A stretch of DNA of 61,947 bases from an uncultured Fidelibacterota bacterium (GCA_902602795.1 CACKSF010000003.1:1-61947); one strand, 5' to 3'; counted from the stretch's first letter, positions 9,487 through 18,757 are shown. Numbers and translations: made by a program. Notes: a model not told the origin generated them from the letters alone.

Positions 9487-10749
9487 TTAGGCGACCTGAT
9501 TTTGCCTAGCTACAGTACTTATTGATTGTTCTAGTTTTTCGCTATTAAATAAACGTTTTAAAGCGCCAATTAAATTATCGATATCTTGTATCGAATGCTT
9601 GGGGGTAATTGTAATTCTTAAACGAGCAGATCCTTCAGGAACAGTGGGATAGAAAATTGGCTGTATATAGCTATTATATTGTTCCAGTAGAAGTTTTGAA
9701 AATAGTTTAGCTTTTTTAGTGCTGTATGTAAGAATAGGAATTATATGGCTATTGCTATCAATAAAAGGAATGTCTAGAAGATTTAGTTTTTGTTTAAAGT
9801 ACTTTGCTTTATTAAAAATATCTGTTCGTTTATCATCTAAAGATTCCACAATTTCAATACTTTTTGAAGCTGCTGCAGCTATAGAGGGCATCATGGAGGT
9901 AGTAAATATAAATCCGGGAGCAAAGGATCTTATAAAGTCTATGGTAGTTTGGTTTGCTACAATATAGCCACCTATCTGTCCAAAGCCTTTTGCAAGAGTT
10001 CCATTGATAATATCAACATCATTTGAAATTTTATTTTTAAATGCAATTCCTCTCCCTCCCTTACCATAAAGACCGACGGCATGAACTTCGTCAAGGTATG
10101 TAAGAGCATTGTACTTTTTTGCAAGTTTTACATATTCATATACATTGGTTTCTGTTCCATCCATGGAATATAGGGATTCAAACACGATAATCTTTGGTTG
10201 ATCTAGATCTTTTTCAAAGAGGAGCGATTCCAGATGATCAAGATCATTATGCCTAAAAATAGAACATGATGCTTTAGAATTTTTAATACCTTCGATTAGG
10301 GAAGCATGGTTGAGCTGATCAGAAAACACTTCTATATTAGGGATCCTTTTACATAATGTTGCTAATGAAGTCTGATTTGCGACATAAGCAGAAGTGAAAA
10401 TTAAAGCAGCATCTCGTTCATGAAAATTAGCTAGTTTTTTTTCTAATTGATCATGATAAGGTGTTGTTCCAGAAATATTGCGTGTACCTCCTGAACCTGT
10501 TCCAACTTCTTTTATGACTTCAATCATTCTATTAATAACTTCTTGATTATGGCTCATATTTAAATAGTCATTAGAGCACCAGATAGTAGTTTCAGGATTA
10601 ATTTTAGTATTCTTTATTTTGTCATTAGGTAAATCTATTTTAGTGAATGGAAAAGTTTCTTGATACCTATAAATAGGTGTAAATGTCCTTTTGTATCCTT
10701 TAGAGCTAAATTCAATTAGCTGTTTTTGAAGTAAGTTTTTATAGTTCAT
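9487..10749 (-). CDS. hemA: 5-aminolevulinate synthase (C4/Shemin pathway)
   Basis: ALAS-specific motifs WCSNDYL, GSGGTRNISGT, FTSAYVAN, NHASLIEG, FESLYSMDG, DEVHAVGLYG, GTLAK (PLP Lys), PGFIFTTS. Confidence 0.95.
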   Translation of the reverse strand: MNYKNLLQKQLIEFSSKGYKRTFTPIYRYQETFPFTKIDLPNDKIKNTKINPETTIWCSNDYLNMSHNQEVINRMIEVIKEVGTGSGGTRNISGTTPYHDQLEKKLANFHERDAALIFTSAYVANQTSLATLCKRIPNIEVFSDQLNHASLIEGIKNSKASCSIFRHNDLDHLESLLFEKDLDQPKIIVFESLYSMDGTETNVYEYVKLAKKYNALTYLDEVHAVGLYGKGGRGIAFKNKISNDVDIINGTLAKGFGQIGGYIVANQTTIDFIRSFAPGFIFTTSMMPSIAAAASKSIEIVESLDDKRTDIFNKAKYFKQKLNLLDIPFIDSNSHIIPILTYSTKKAKLFSKLLLEQYNSYIQPIFYPTVPEGSARLRITITPKHSIQDIDNLIGALKRLFNSEKLEQSISTVARQNQVA

Positions 10750-10879
10750 TGTATTTTATGTTTTAGATCCAATCAAAATATATTTAGAATCCGCAGTCGA
10801 AAATACGAACACAACGTCAGTTTAAACAAATAGAAGATTATTTTCTTGCAAAAAAATAAAAATTGTATCGAGAGCAAGC

Positions 10880-12364
10880 TTGCTTGCTAAAATTCAAGCT
10901 GAAATTATAGGTAAGCAATTAGAAGATCGCTATCCTAAATTAGAAATTGAATATCATACAACCACAGCAATTGCCGATAGGGATATGGAAATCAATATCG
11001 CAAAATCTGATAGTATTGGCTTATTTACAAAAGACATAAGTGATAAGATTATAAATAAAAAGTATGATATTGCGATCCACTCTTGGAAAGATGTTCCGGT
11101 AGAACCATCATCTAAAACTGAAATTATTGGCACAGTTGATAGAGGAGATTTGAGGGATGTCTTAATTATAAAAAAAGATATTTTAGAAAATAAAAAGAAA
11201 AAAGATTTTCAAATACTTTCATCCTCTCCGCGTAGAAAACATAATCTAAAATTATACTTGGCGAAGCTTGTCCCATTTAGTTTTGATCGTTTAACATTTT
11301 TAGATGTAAGAGGAAATATTGAAACTAGGTTAAGAAAGTTTGTTCAAGGAGATTCAGATGGAATTGTAATGGCAAAAGTAGCTATTGATAGAATCTTAGA
11401 GTCCAATGACAACAGAGCAAATGAGTTTATTAAAAATATCCTTAACAAAAATAAATGGATAATTTTACCTCTTTCCATATTCCCCACTGCTCCTGGGCAA
11501 GGTGCAATTGGAATAGAGGCAAGGAAAGATCGGAAAGATTTAAAAATACTTATTAATAAAATTAGCAATAAGGTTGTTTTTGATCATGTTCTGAAAGAAA
11601 AAAATATTTTAAGTAAATACGGTGGGGGTTGTCAGCAAAAGATAGGAGTCTCTATTTATTCTCAAAATGAAAGAACTATATTTTGTTTGAAAGGAAAAAC
11701 GGAACAAGGTGACGACATTAATGAGCACGATTTTTTTGATCAAGGGTCAGATAGAAATTTTAAGAGTGTTCCTCAAAAATTACTTTATCCACTTCAAGAT
11801 GATCAAAATTTATTTCATCGTGTTCCGATTCTCAACAATGAAAAAATAAATAGGCTAACAGACAGTTTTATCTATATAAGTAGAAAAAATGTTCTAGATA
11901 ATGATCCTAAATTAAAAGATAGTAATTATCTTTGGACCAGTGGATTAAAATGCTGGTATCATGCTGTGAAAAAAGGGTATTGGATCAATGGATCCAGTGA
12001 TAGTTTGGGCAATCATAAAATTAAGGATTTAAAGAACTTTGTTCCTGAACAAATTTCACATTATAACCTAAGTCACTCAAAAGCTATTTCAAGCAACTAT
12101 GAATTAATTCCAACGTATGAATTAAAAATAAATAAAGACATTCTTGACAATCTTTCTATAAAAGGAAAAAAATACTTTTTTTGGATGAGTCCAGTTCAAT
12201 TCGAAGTAGTAGTGGAGCGATACCCTGACATATTAGATGCAAATCATAGCAGCGGTTTTGGAAAAACATTTGATTACTTAAAAACAAAATTACCTAATTC
12301 TAGTGGGATAGAATGTTTTCTATCTTATGAGCATTGGTTATCTTATTATAAAAAAAGAGAATAG
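10880..12364 (+). CDS. hemC: Hydroxymethylbilane synthase with long C-terminal extension (probable HemC/HemD fusion)
   Basis: GLFTK, AIHSWKD, SSSPRR, RGNIETRL, PTAPGQGA, GGGCQ cofactor Cys, plus about 190 extra C-terminal residues. The conserved N-terminus KIKIVSRASLLA lies just upstream of the ORF-track start. Confidence 0.92.
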   Translation: MLAKIQAEIIGKQLEDRYPKLEIEYHTTTAIADRDMEINIAKSDSIGLFTKDISDKIINKKYDIAIHSWKDVPVEPSSKTEIIGTVDRGDLRDVLIIKKDILENKKKKDFQILSSSPRRKHNLKLYLAKLVPFSFDRLTFLDVRGNIETRLRKFVQGDSDGIVMAKVAIDRILESNDNRANEFIKNILNKNKWIILPLSIFPTAPGQGAIGIEARKDRKDLKILINKISNKVVFDHVLKEKNILSKYGGGCQQKIGVSIYSQNERTIFCLKGKTEQGDDINEHDFFDQGSDRNFKSVPQKLLYPLQDDQNLFHRVPILNNEKINRLTDSFIYISRKNVLDNDPKLKDSNYLWTSGLKCWYHAVKKGYWINGSSDSLGNHKIKDLKNFVPEQISHYNLSHSKAISSNYELIPTYELKINKDILDNLSIKGKKYFFWMSPVQFEVVVERYPDILDANHSSGFGKTFDYLKTKLPNSSGIECFLSYEHWLSYYKKRE

Positions 12365-12366
12365 TT

Positions 12367-13389
12367 ATGAATGAAAGATTTGAAAAACTTTTAAAAGGTA
12401 TTCCACAACCGACTCCGCCAATATGGTTTATGCGTCAAGCAGGTAGATACCATGCACATTATCAAGGCTTAAGGAAAAGACATTCTTTTGAGGAACTTTG
12501 CAAAACTCCTGAACTTGCTGCAGAAGTTGCATGTGGTCCAATGACTGATTTTGATTACGATATTGCAATCTTATTTAGTGACATATTATTTCCACTAGAG
12601 TTGTTGGGTTTAAAATTAAGTTATAAGCCTGGACCTACTTTTGAAAATTATTTGACTGAGCAACATATAAATTTAAAAATAGGCGATAATGAGGTTGAGG
12701 AAAAATTAAGTTTTCAAACTAAAGCCCTTGATTTAACAAGGAAATCTTTAGAAAATAATAAAAGTCTAGTTGGGTTTGTTGGAGGGCCTTGGACTGTTTT
12801 ATCTTATGGAATGAACATGAAGAATGAGCATTTAATAAAAATTGATAGGCAAAATAGCGAAATAGAAAAATTATTGTATGATGTTATGTTTCCGATTCTA
12901 AGAAAAAATATTGAAATGCAGATTGATAAAGGAGCCGAATTAGTATACGTTTTTGATACAAATAGTGTTCAACTTGAGAAAGAATATTATCTTGGAACTT
13001 ATATGGAAAAAATGAAATCAGAATTATTTAAAGAGTTTAGGAAAAAAATTGCCTATTTCTCAAAAAATAAAAAGTTTTATGAGCAGAATATTGATCGATT
13101 AAATAGTTACGATTTAGCAGGAGTTGTTTTTCCAGATAATCAAGGTTTCATTGATTTTTTAAAATATGAAAAATCTTTTTTTGTCCAAGGCAATTTTTCT
13201 CCCGAATCTATGAGAAAAGAGCATCCAGAATATTTATCTGATTATCAAAATTTCGTTAGTCGAATGCAGCAACTAAGTAAAAATGATCGAAAAGGATGGC
13301 TCTGCAGTCTTAGCCATGGGGTGTTACCAAAAACTCCAGAAAAGAATGTTCGACATTTTGTTAGAGAAATTAGGAATACATTTTCATAG
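12367..13389 (+). CDS. hemE: Uroporphyrinogen decarboxylase
   Basis: PIWFMRQAGRY, AILFSDIL, GFVGGPWT, SLSHGVLPKTP. Confidence 0.95.
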   Translation: MNERFEKLLKGIPQPTPPIWFMRQAGRYHAHYQGLRKRHSFEELCKTPELAAEVACGPMTDFDYDIAILFSDILFPLELLGLKLSYKPGPTFENYLTEQHINLKIGDNEVEEKLSFQTKALDLTRKSLENNKSLVGFVGGPWTVLSYGMNMKNEHLIKIDRQNSEIEKLLYDVMFPILRKNIEMQIDKGAELVYVFDTNSVQLEKEYYLGTYMEKMKSELFKEFRKKIAYFSKNKKFYEQNIDRLNSYDLAGVVFPDNQGFIDFLKYEKSFFVQGNFSPESMRKEHPEYLSDYQNFVSRMQQLSKNDRKGWLCSLSHGVLPKTPEKNVRHFVREIRNTFS

Positions 13390-13397
13390 GAAAAAAA

Positions 13398-14393
13398 ATG
13401 GAAGGATTTGATTCAAATTATCAAAATAAAATAGGAGTGTTACTTACCAATCTTGGTACTCCAGACAATCCAACAAAAAAGAGTCTAAGAAAATACCTTA
13501 AAGAATTTTTATCTGATGGGAGGGTTGTTGATTACAATAGAGTTTTATGGTTTCTTATTCTTCACGGAATTATTTTAAACATAAGACCAAAAAGATCAGC
13601 AAAACTTTATAAAAAAATATGGACAGAAAAGGGTTCTCCATTAATGGTATATATGAGTGAAATTTTGGAGAAACTAAAAATTGTAATGAATCAAAAGAAC
13701 CTAATGGTCGAACTGGGTATGAGATATGGAAATCCTTCAATAGAAAGTGCGTTAGAAAAGTTTAAAAAGAATAATATAATGAAAATTCTTATTATCCCTC
13801 TTTATCCTCAAGCAGGATCTCCCACTTCTTCAAGTACATTGGATAAAATAAATATTGTATTAAATAAGTGGCCTTGGGTTCCTAATATACGTTTTGTAAA
13901 TGGATATCATGATAGAGAGGATTATATTAAAGCTGTGCAAAAATCTATTTCTGCTTTTGTCCCTGAGATGAAAGAAATTGAAATGTTAGTTTTCAGCTTT
14001 CATGGTATGCCCTTTAGATATTTGAAAGAGGGTGACCCATACTACTGCTTTTGTCATAAGACAGCAAGATTAGTTGCGGAAGAACTTAAAATTGAAAAAG
14101 AAAAATACTGCCTCGCCTTTCAATCTAGATTCGGAAGAGAAGAATGGTTAAAGCCATATGTTGATGAAGAAATAATAAAACTCGCAAAAAGCGGTGTAAA
14201 AAAATTGCATATTATTTCTCCTGGTTTTAGTGTGGATTGCTTAGAAACGCTTGAAGAAATTCAAATTCAGTATAAGGAATTGTTTATAGAAAATGGAGGA
14301 AAGGACCTTGTCTATATTCCCTGCTTAAATAGTAATGATGATCAAATTAATATGCTTCAATCTATTGTGAAGGAAAATACTTTGGGGTGGTAA
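13398..14393 (+). CDS. hemH: Ferrochelatase
   Basis: NLGTP, FLSDGRV, MRYGNP, PLYPQ, FSFHGMP, FQSRFGREEWLKP, DCLETLEEI. Confidence 0.97.
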   Translation: MEGFDSNYQNKIGVLLTNLGTPDNPTKKSLRKYLKEFLSDGRVVDYNRVLWFLILHGIILNIRPKRSAKLYKKIWTEKGSPLMVYMSEILEKLKIVMNQKNLMVELGMRYGNPSIESALEKFKKNNIMKILIIPLYPQAGSPTSSSTLDKINIVLNKWPWVPNIRFVNGYHDREDYIKAVQKSISAFVPEMKEIEMLVFSFHGMPFRYLKEGDPYYCFCHKTARLVAEELKIEKEKYCLAFQSRFGREEWLKPYVDEEIIKLAKSGVKKLHIISPGFSVDCLETLEEIQIQYKELFIENGGKDLVYIPCLNSNDDQINMLQSIVKENTLGW

Positions 14394-15191
14394 ATGAAAA
14401 ATAAAGCGAAAAATTGGTTTGAAAGCTTAAGAAATAATTTAGTGAAAATGATAGAAGATCATGATGGAGCTAAGTTTAAGGTGGAGAGTTGGAAACACGC
14501 TGGAAAAGGTGGTGGAATGATGAGTGTTATAAAAGGAGATGTTATTGAAAAGGGAGGTGTGAATATATCAACTGTTGCAGGAGAATTTTCTGATAAAATG
14601 CAACAGCGTATTCCAGGTGCTGATAAAGATCCAAGTTATTGGGCTACAGGTATTAGTGTCGTATTGCATCCTGTAAATCCCAACATCCCGTCTATGCATT
14701 TTAACACTCGATATTTGGTAACTCAGAAGCGTTGGTTTGGCGGTGGTATGGATGTCACACCATGTCTTGACTTTGAATTAGAAACAGAAAAATTCCATGA
14801 AGATCTCAAACAAATGTGTGATGCGCATGATAGTACTTATTATCCAAAATATAAAAAGTGGTGTGATGAATATTTTTTTCTTAAACATAGGAGTGAAGCA
14901 AGAGGAATAGGTGGAATATTCTTTGATTACCTTAACAACGATGATTTTGAAAAAGATTTTGATTTTATTCATGATGTGGGAAGTTTTTTTCATAAATATG
15001 TAAATCAAATAATAACAAAGAATAAAGATAAAAATTGGACACGAGAAGATAGAAAGCGTCAGCTAATTAAGAGAGGGAGATACGTTGAATTTAATTTATT
15101 GTATGATAGGGGTACAAAATTTGGATTGGAGACAGGTGGAAATACAGAAGCAATTCTAATGTCTCTTCCTCCTTTAGCCGAGTGGGAATAA
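14394..15191 (+). CDS. hemF: Oxygen-dependent coproporphyrinogen III oxidase
   Basis: EKGGVNIS, HFNTRY, WFGGGMD, RGIGGIFFD, RGRYVEFNLLYDRGTKFGL. Confidence 0.97.
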   Translation: MKNKAKNWFESLRNNLVKMIEDHDGAKFKVESWKHAGKGGGMMSVIKGDVIEKGGVNISTVAGEFSDKMQQRIPGADKDPSYWATGISVVLHPVNPNIPSMHFNTRYLVTQKRWFGGGMDVTPCLDFELETEKFHEDLKQMCDAHDSTYYPKYKKWCDEYFFLKHRSEARGIGGIFFDYLNNDDFEKDFDFIHDVGSFFHKYVNQIITKNKDKNWTREDRKRQLIKRGRYVEFNLLYDRGTKFGLETGGNTEAILMSLPPLAEWE

Positions 15192-15194
15192 TTA

Positions 15195-15629
15195 ATGGGT
15201 AATACGTATTTATGGGTAAAAATAATTCATATTGCTTTTGTAGTAGCCTGGATGGCTGTTTTATTATATTTACCTAGAATCTTCGTTTATCATGCTAATG
15301 TAAAAAGCTCTAGTGAGACATCTGATATTTTTAAAGTAATGGAGAAGAGACTTTACTATTATATTGGACACCCCTCAGCATTACTTGTTTGGGCTTCTGG
15401 TTTGTATATGGCACATGCCTTAGGTTTATATGATTGGCTTATAGCAAAATTTTTTTTTGTGATTTTATTAACTATTTATCACATTAATCTAGGAAAGTAC
15501 TTAGTAAAATTTTATCAGAATGATAATAAAAAAACATCTAAATTTTTTAGATTAATAAATGAAATACCTTTTTTAATCATGTTTGTAATTTTATTTTTTG
15601 TAGTTATTAAACCTGAATTCAATTTTTAG
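15195..15629 (+). CDS. hemJ: Protoporphyrinogen IX oxidase HemJ
   Basis: WVKIIHIAFVVAWMA, LYLPRIFVYHA, MEKRL, FRLINEIP. Confidence 0.93.
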   Translation: MGNTYLWVKIIHIAFVVAWMAVLLYLPRIFVYHANVKSSSETSDIFKVMEKRLYYYIGHPSALLVWASGLYMAHALGLYDWLIAKFFFVILLTIYHINLGKYLVKFYQNDNKKTSKFFRLINEIPFLIMFVILFFVVIKPEFNF

Positions 15630-15638
15630 AACTGCTAT

Positions 15639-16628
15639 ATGAATTATAGTTATAAAAAATTCCCTTTTTCCCGTATGAGACGCCTAAGAATGAAATCCTT
15701 TATCCGTAATCTTGTTTCTGAGAGCTCAATATCTTGTAACGATTTAATATGGCCAGTATTTTTGGTTGAAGGGGAAAACCAGAACCAAAAGATTAAATCA
15801 ATGCCATTTGTGTACCGATATTCTATTGATAAGCTAATTAACGAATTGGAAATTTTAGTAAAATATGGTTTACAGGCTATAGCATTATTCCCTCAAATAG
15901 AAAAAGATTTAAAAGATGAAAAGGGAACAAATTCTTTTGACCAAAACAATTTAGTGAGTAGAGCAATCAAAAAAATTAAATCTTCCTATCCCGATTTGGG
16001 TATCATAGCTGATATTGCTTTAGATCCTTACACAATTCATGGACACGATGGTATAATAAAGAATAATAAAATAATGAATGATGAGACTATAGCAGTCCTA
16101 AAAAAACAAGCTCTAGTTTATTCCGAAGCTGGATGTGATATCTTAGCTCCTTCAGACATGATGGATGGAAGAGTGGGTGCTATTCGAGAGGAATTAGAGC
16201 AAAATGGAATGCAGGATACTGTAATTATGTCATACGCGGCAAAGTATGCATCTTCTTTTTATGGACCCTTTCGAGATGCTATTAAGGCACAAAAATTGGA
16301 TAAATTACAAGATAAAAAAACATACCAAATGAATACTGCTAATTCAGATGAAGCTATGCATGAAATTGCATTAGATATACAAGAGGGAGCTGACATAGTA
16401 ATTATAAAACCAGGTATGCCGTATCTAGATATAATTTATCGAGCCAAAAAGGAATTTAAAATCCCAACATTTGCATACCAAGTGTCTGGAGAATATTCAA
16501 TGATTTTATCTGCAGCTAGCGAAGGAAGAAGTCTTGAATTAATTTTAGAAAGTATATTTAGTTTTAAAAGAGCTGGAGCGGATGGGGTATTATCCTACTT
16601 TACTCCATTTTTATTAAAAAATCTGTAA
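15639..16628 (+). CDS. hemB: Porphobilinogen synthase (non-zinc type)
   Basis: RMRRLR, APSDMMDGRV, SSFYGPFRDA, KPGMPYLD, AYQVSGEY; the metal region reads DIALDPYTIHGHDG, without the Zn-binding Cys. Confidence 0.97.
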   Translation: MNYSYKKFPFSRMRRLRMKSFIRNLVSESSISCNDLIWPVFLVEGENQNQKIKSMPFVYRYSIDKLINELEILVKYGLQAIALFPQIEKDLKDEKGTNSFDQNNLVSRAIKKIKSSYPDLGIIADIALDPYTIHGHDGIIKNNKIMNDETIAVLKKQALVYSEAGCDILAPSDMMDGRVGAIREELEQNGMQDTVIMSYAAKYASSFYGPFRDAIKAQKLDKLQDKKTYQMNTANSDEAMHEIALDIQEGADIVIIKPGMPYLDIIYRAKKEFKIPTFAYQVSGEYSMILSAASEGRSLELILESIFSFKRAGADGVLSYFTPFLLKNL

Positions 16629-16655
16629 AAAAACTCAAATTTTTTAAATAAGTTT

Positions 16656-16705
16656 TTGAAGAAAATCATATTTATTGTAGTTTCTTATTGAGAATTAGTC
16701 TCATT
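16656..16705 (+). promoter_or_regulatory. Promoter-like element plus Fur/PerR-like box 3 (ATTGAGAATTAGTCTCATT, 16687-16705)
   Basis: TTGAAG-16 nt-TAGTTT followed by the box, with the same -10-to-box spacing as at 5728. Confidence 0.75.
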
Positions 16706-16745
16706 ATCATTAATTAATATTTTTTTAAATCAAATAAGGTATTAC

Positions 16746-17045
16746 ATGCTCCATCTATATAATGAAAAGCCAATTTCAATCTTTACTACTGAAAGAGATG
16801 TTAAAATAAGAGTTCAATTTTGTAATGTAAAAATGAAGATGAAACCGTGTCAGTTTAAACATTTTCATAAGTACTTAACAAACCTTAGTAAAAAAATAGA
16901 TGTATCTACAAGCAACGTTGATTTACTTCTAGTAAGAGATAATCTAAATATTACAATTTCTTTAAATCATTTTTTACAGTTATGCAGTGCTGTTCAAACA
17001 GTCATGTCCAAAAAATTTGGTTTGAAATCAATTTATCCAAACTAG
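16746..17045 (+). CDS. Hypothetical 99-aa protein, probably iron-regulated (loosely DUF6686-like)
   Basis: AAGG RBS and ATG start directly after the Fur-like box; family resemblance by eye only. Confidence 0.6.
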   Translation: MLHLYNEKPISIFTTERDVKIRVQFCNVKMKMKPCQFKHFHKYLTNLSKKIDVSTSNVDLLLVRDNLNITISLNHFLQLCSAVQTVMSKKFGLKSIYPN

Positions 17046-17064
17046 TAATAGAAATTATAAGAAA

Positions 17065-17339
17065 ATGAAGAGAGTACAAGAAAAATTAGATGATTTTTTT
17101 CCATCAGGAGTAAAGCCTGTGTTTATGGATCCTTGGTGGATATGCTAGGCACACAATCAGAAGAGGATGCTGCATTCAGAGCTACATTCATTGTGGACTC
17201 CCATAATGTTTTCCAGCACGCTAGTCTTTATAACCTTAATGTAGGTAGAAATCCTAAGGATACCTTGAGAACTTTAGATACTCTACAAACCGATGAACTC
17301 TGCGCATGTAATAGACCTGTTCGTGGGGAGACATTCTAG
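17065..17339 (+). pseudogene. ahpC: ahpC peroxiredoxin with large internal deletion and frameshift
   Basis: N-terminus MKRVQEKLDDFFPSGVKPVF (ATG 17065) is joined out of frame to an AhpC C-terminus (RATFIVD...NLNVGRNP...LQTDELCACNR). The peroxidatic FVCPTE region is missing; ahpD follows. Confidence 0.85.
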
Positions 17340-17341
17340 GT

Positions 17342-17863
17342 TTGACTCTAAATGATTTAAAAAATAATATTCCAGACTTTGCTAAAGATGTAAAACTTAA
17401 TTTTTCATCTTTAATTATAAATTCTGAATATGATGAAGAGCTTGTGTACGGTTGTGCTTATGCAAGCTCTTTGGCAATAGGGGATAATAATATAACAAGC
17501 GTATTTGAGGAAGAATGTAGAAATAGATTTGGACGAGGATTTATTAAATCTGTAAAAGCAACTGTTGTCCTTATGGCATTAAATAATGTTTGGTATAAAT
17601 TCAGAGATTCGATGACCACTACAGAAATGAAAATGGCTCCTCAAAAAATGAGTGTAAATATTATGGCTAATCATGCTGGTTTAGATAAGATTTTTTTTGA
17701 ATCTCTATCGCTTTGTGTGAGCGCAATTAATGGTTGTTCTTTCTGTGTTAAAGTACATTCTGATCTGTTACTCGAAAACGAAAAAACAAAGGAATATGTA
17801 TTTAACATTGGCAGAATTGCTTCAGTTATTTCTTCATTATCAAAAGCTTTTTCTTTAAAGTAA
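17342..17863 (+). CDS. ahpD: Alkylhydroperoxidase AhpD
   Basis: IPDFAKDVKLN, MALNNVWY, SAINGCSFCVKVH (CxxC...H). Confidence 0.9.
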   Translation: MTLNDLKNNIPDFAKDVKLNFSSLIINSEYDEELVYGCAYASSLAIGDNNITSVFEEECRNRFGRGFIKSVKATVVLMALNNVWYKFRDSMTTTEMKMAPQKMSVNIMANHAGLDKIFFESLSLCVSAINGCSFCVKVHSDLLLENEKTKEYVFNIGRIASVISSLSKAFSLK

Positions 17864-17887
17864 GGATTATACATAGGTGGTTTTATT

Positions 17888-18316
17888 ATGAAAAATAAAT
17901 TTTTTTTGATATTCTCTTTGCTACTTGCATACTGTGGAACGAATTCAAAGATCAATGAAAGGATTTTGCTTCAGCAGAAACTAGAAGCCTTTGAGTTCTT
18001 AAGACAATATCATCATCAATTGCATATAATGATTGGCGAAGACGAAGGTGATGTAAATAAAGCGTATATAGAGTTTAAAGATGCAATTATTAAATTTGAT
18101 AACATTGAATTATTACCCATAAAAAAAGCCATAAGTAGAATTAATCCTAACAATATAAATCAGAATGAGGAGAGTGTTAAAAGATTAGATTATCTAGTTG
18201 ATTACTATCAATCAGGATTATCTATGCAAATTGAGGCTATTTTTCGAGGATATGGGTATTTAGAAATCATAGACTTTCAAAATGCCACTGACTTCTATGA
18301 TAAAATAAAAAAGTAG
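17888..18316 (+). CDS. Hypothetical exported/lipoprotein
   Basis: Signal peptide with lipobox-like LLAYC; helical, no recognised family. Confidence 0.65.
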   Translation: MKNKFFLIFSLLLAYCGTNSKINERILLQQKLEAFEFLRQYHHQLHIMIGEDEGDVNKAYIEFKDAIIKFDNIELLPIKKAISRINPNNINQNEESVKRLDYLVDYYQSGLSMQIEAIFRGYGYLEIIDFQNATDFYDKIKK

Positions 18317-18331
18317 GCTTTTATTTTTTTT

Positions 18332-18757
18332 TTAAAAATTATCTCTAAGCATTTTTTTCAATTCTGCTTCGTGCATTTCTTCTTCTGCAATTTGTGTACG
18401 AGCAAATTCTTCTAGCATGATTGAACTATCTTTAACTGAATGAAGAAGCTCATAATAAGCTTTAATTGCTGTTCTCTCATGATCTAAGCATTCATTAAGA
18501 ATATCTTCAGTAGAATGTTTATGAGTTTCGAGAAGATCACTTATTTTTAAAGTGGGATGCTCGCCAAGACTTGTAATATGTTCTCCAACTGCTTCCGCAT
18601 GCGTAAGGGATTCTTGTGCTTGCGTTCGGAGCCATTGTACTATTGATAAACGATAGGGGCCCTGAACCATAAACGCATAGTGAGTATATTTTACGACTCC
18701 AGCTAGTTCTAGTTCTAAAATTTTATTGAGATAAGAAACCACTTTTTCATCTTTCAT
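18332..18757 (-). CDS. Ferritin-like / bacterioferritin-family protein
   Basis: Di-iron ferroxidase-type motifs ELELAG, ESLTHA, EHERTA-like helix, EEEMHE. Confidence 0.85.
   Translation of the reverse strand: MKDEKVVSYLNKILELELAGVVKYTHYAFMVQGPYRLSIVQWLRTQAQESLTHAEAVGEHITSLGEHPTLKISDLLETHKHSTEDILNECLDHERTAIKAYYELLHSVKDSSIMLEEFARTQIAEEEMHEAELKKMLRDNF

Noticed and set aside
9487-10749. BioF/KBL instead of ALAS
   Set aside because: GGTRNISGT and GFIFTTS are ALAS-type, and the gene heads a heme cluster.
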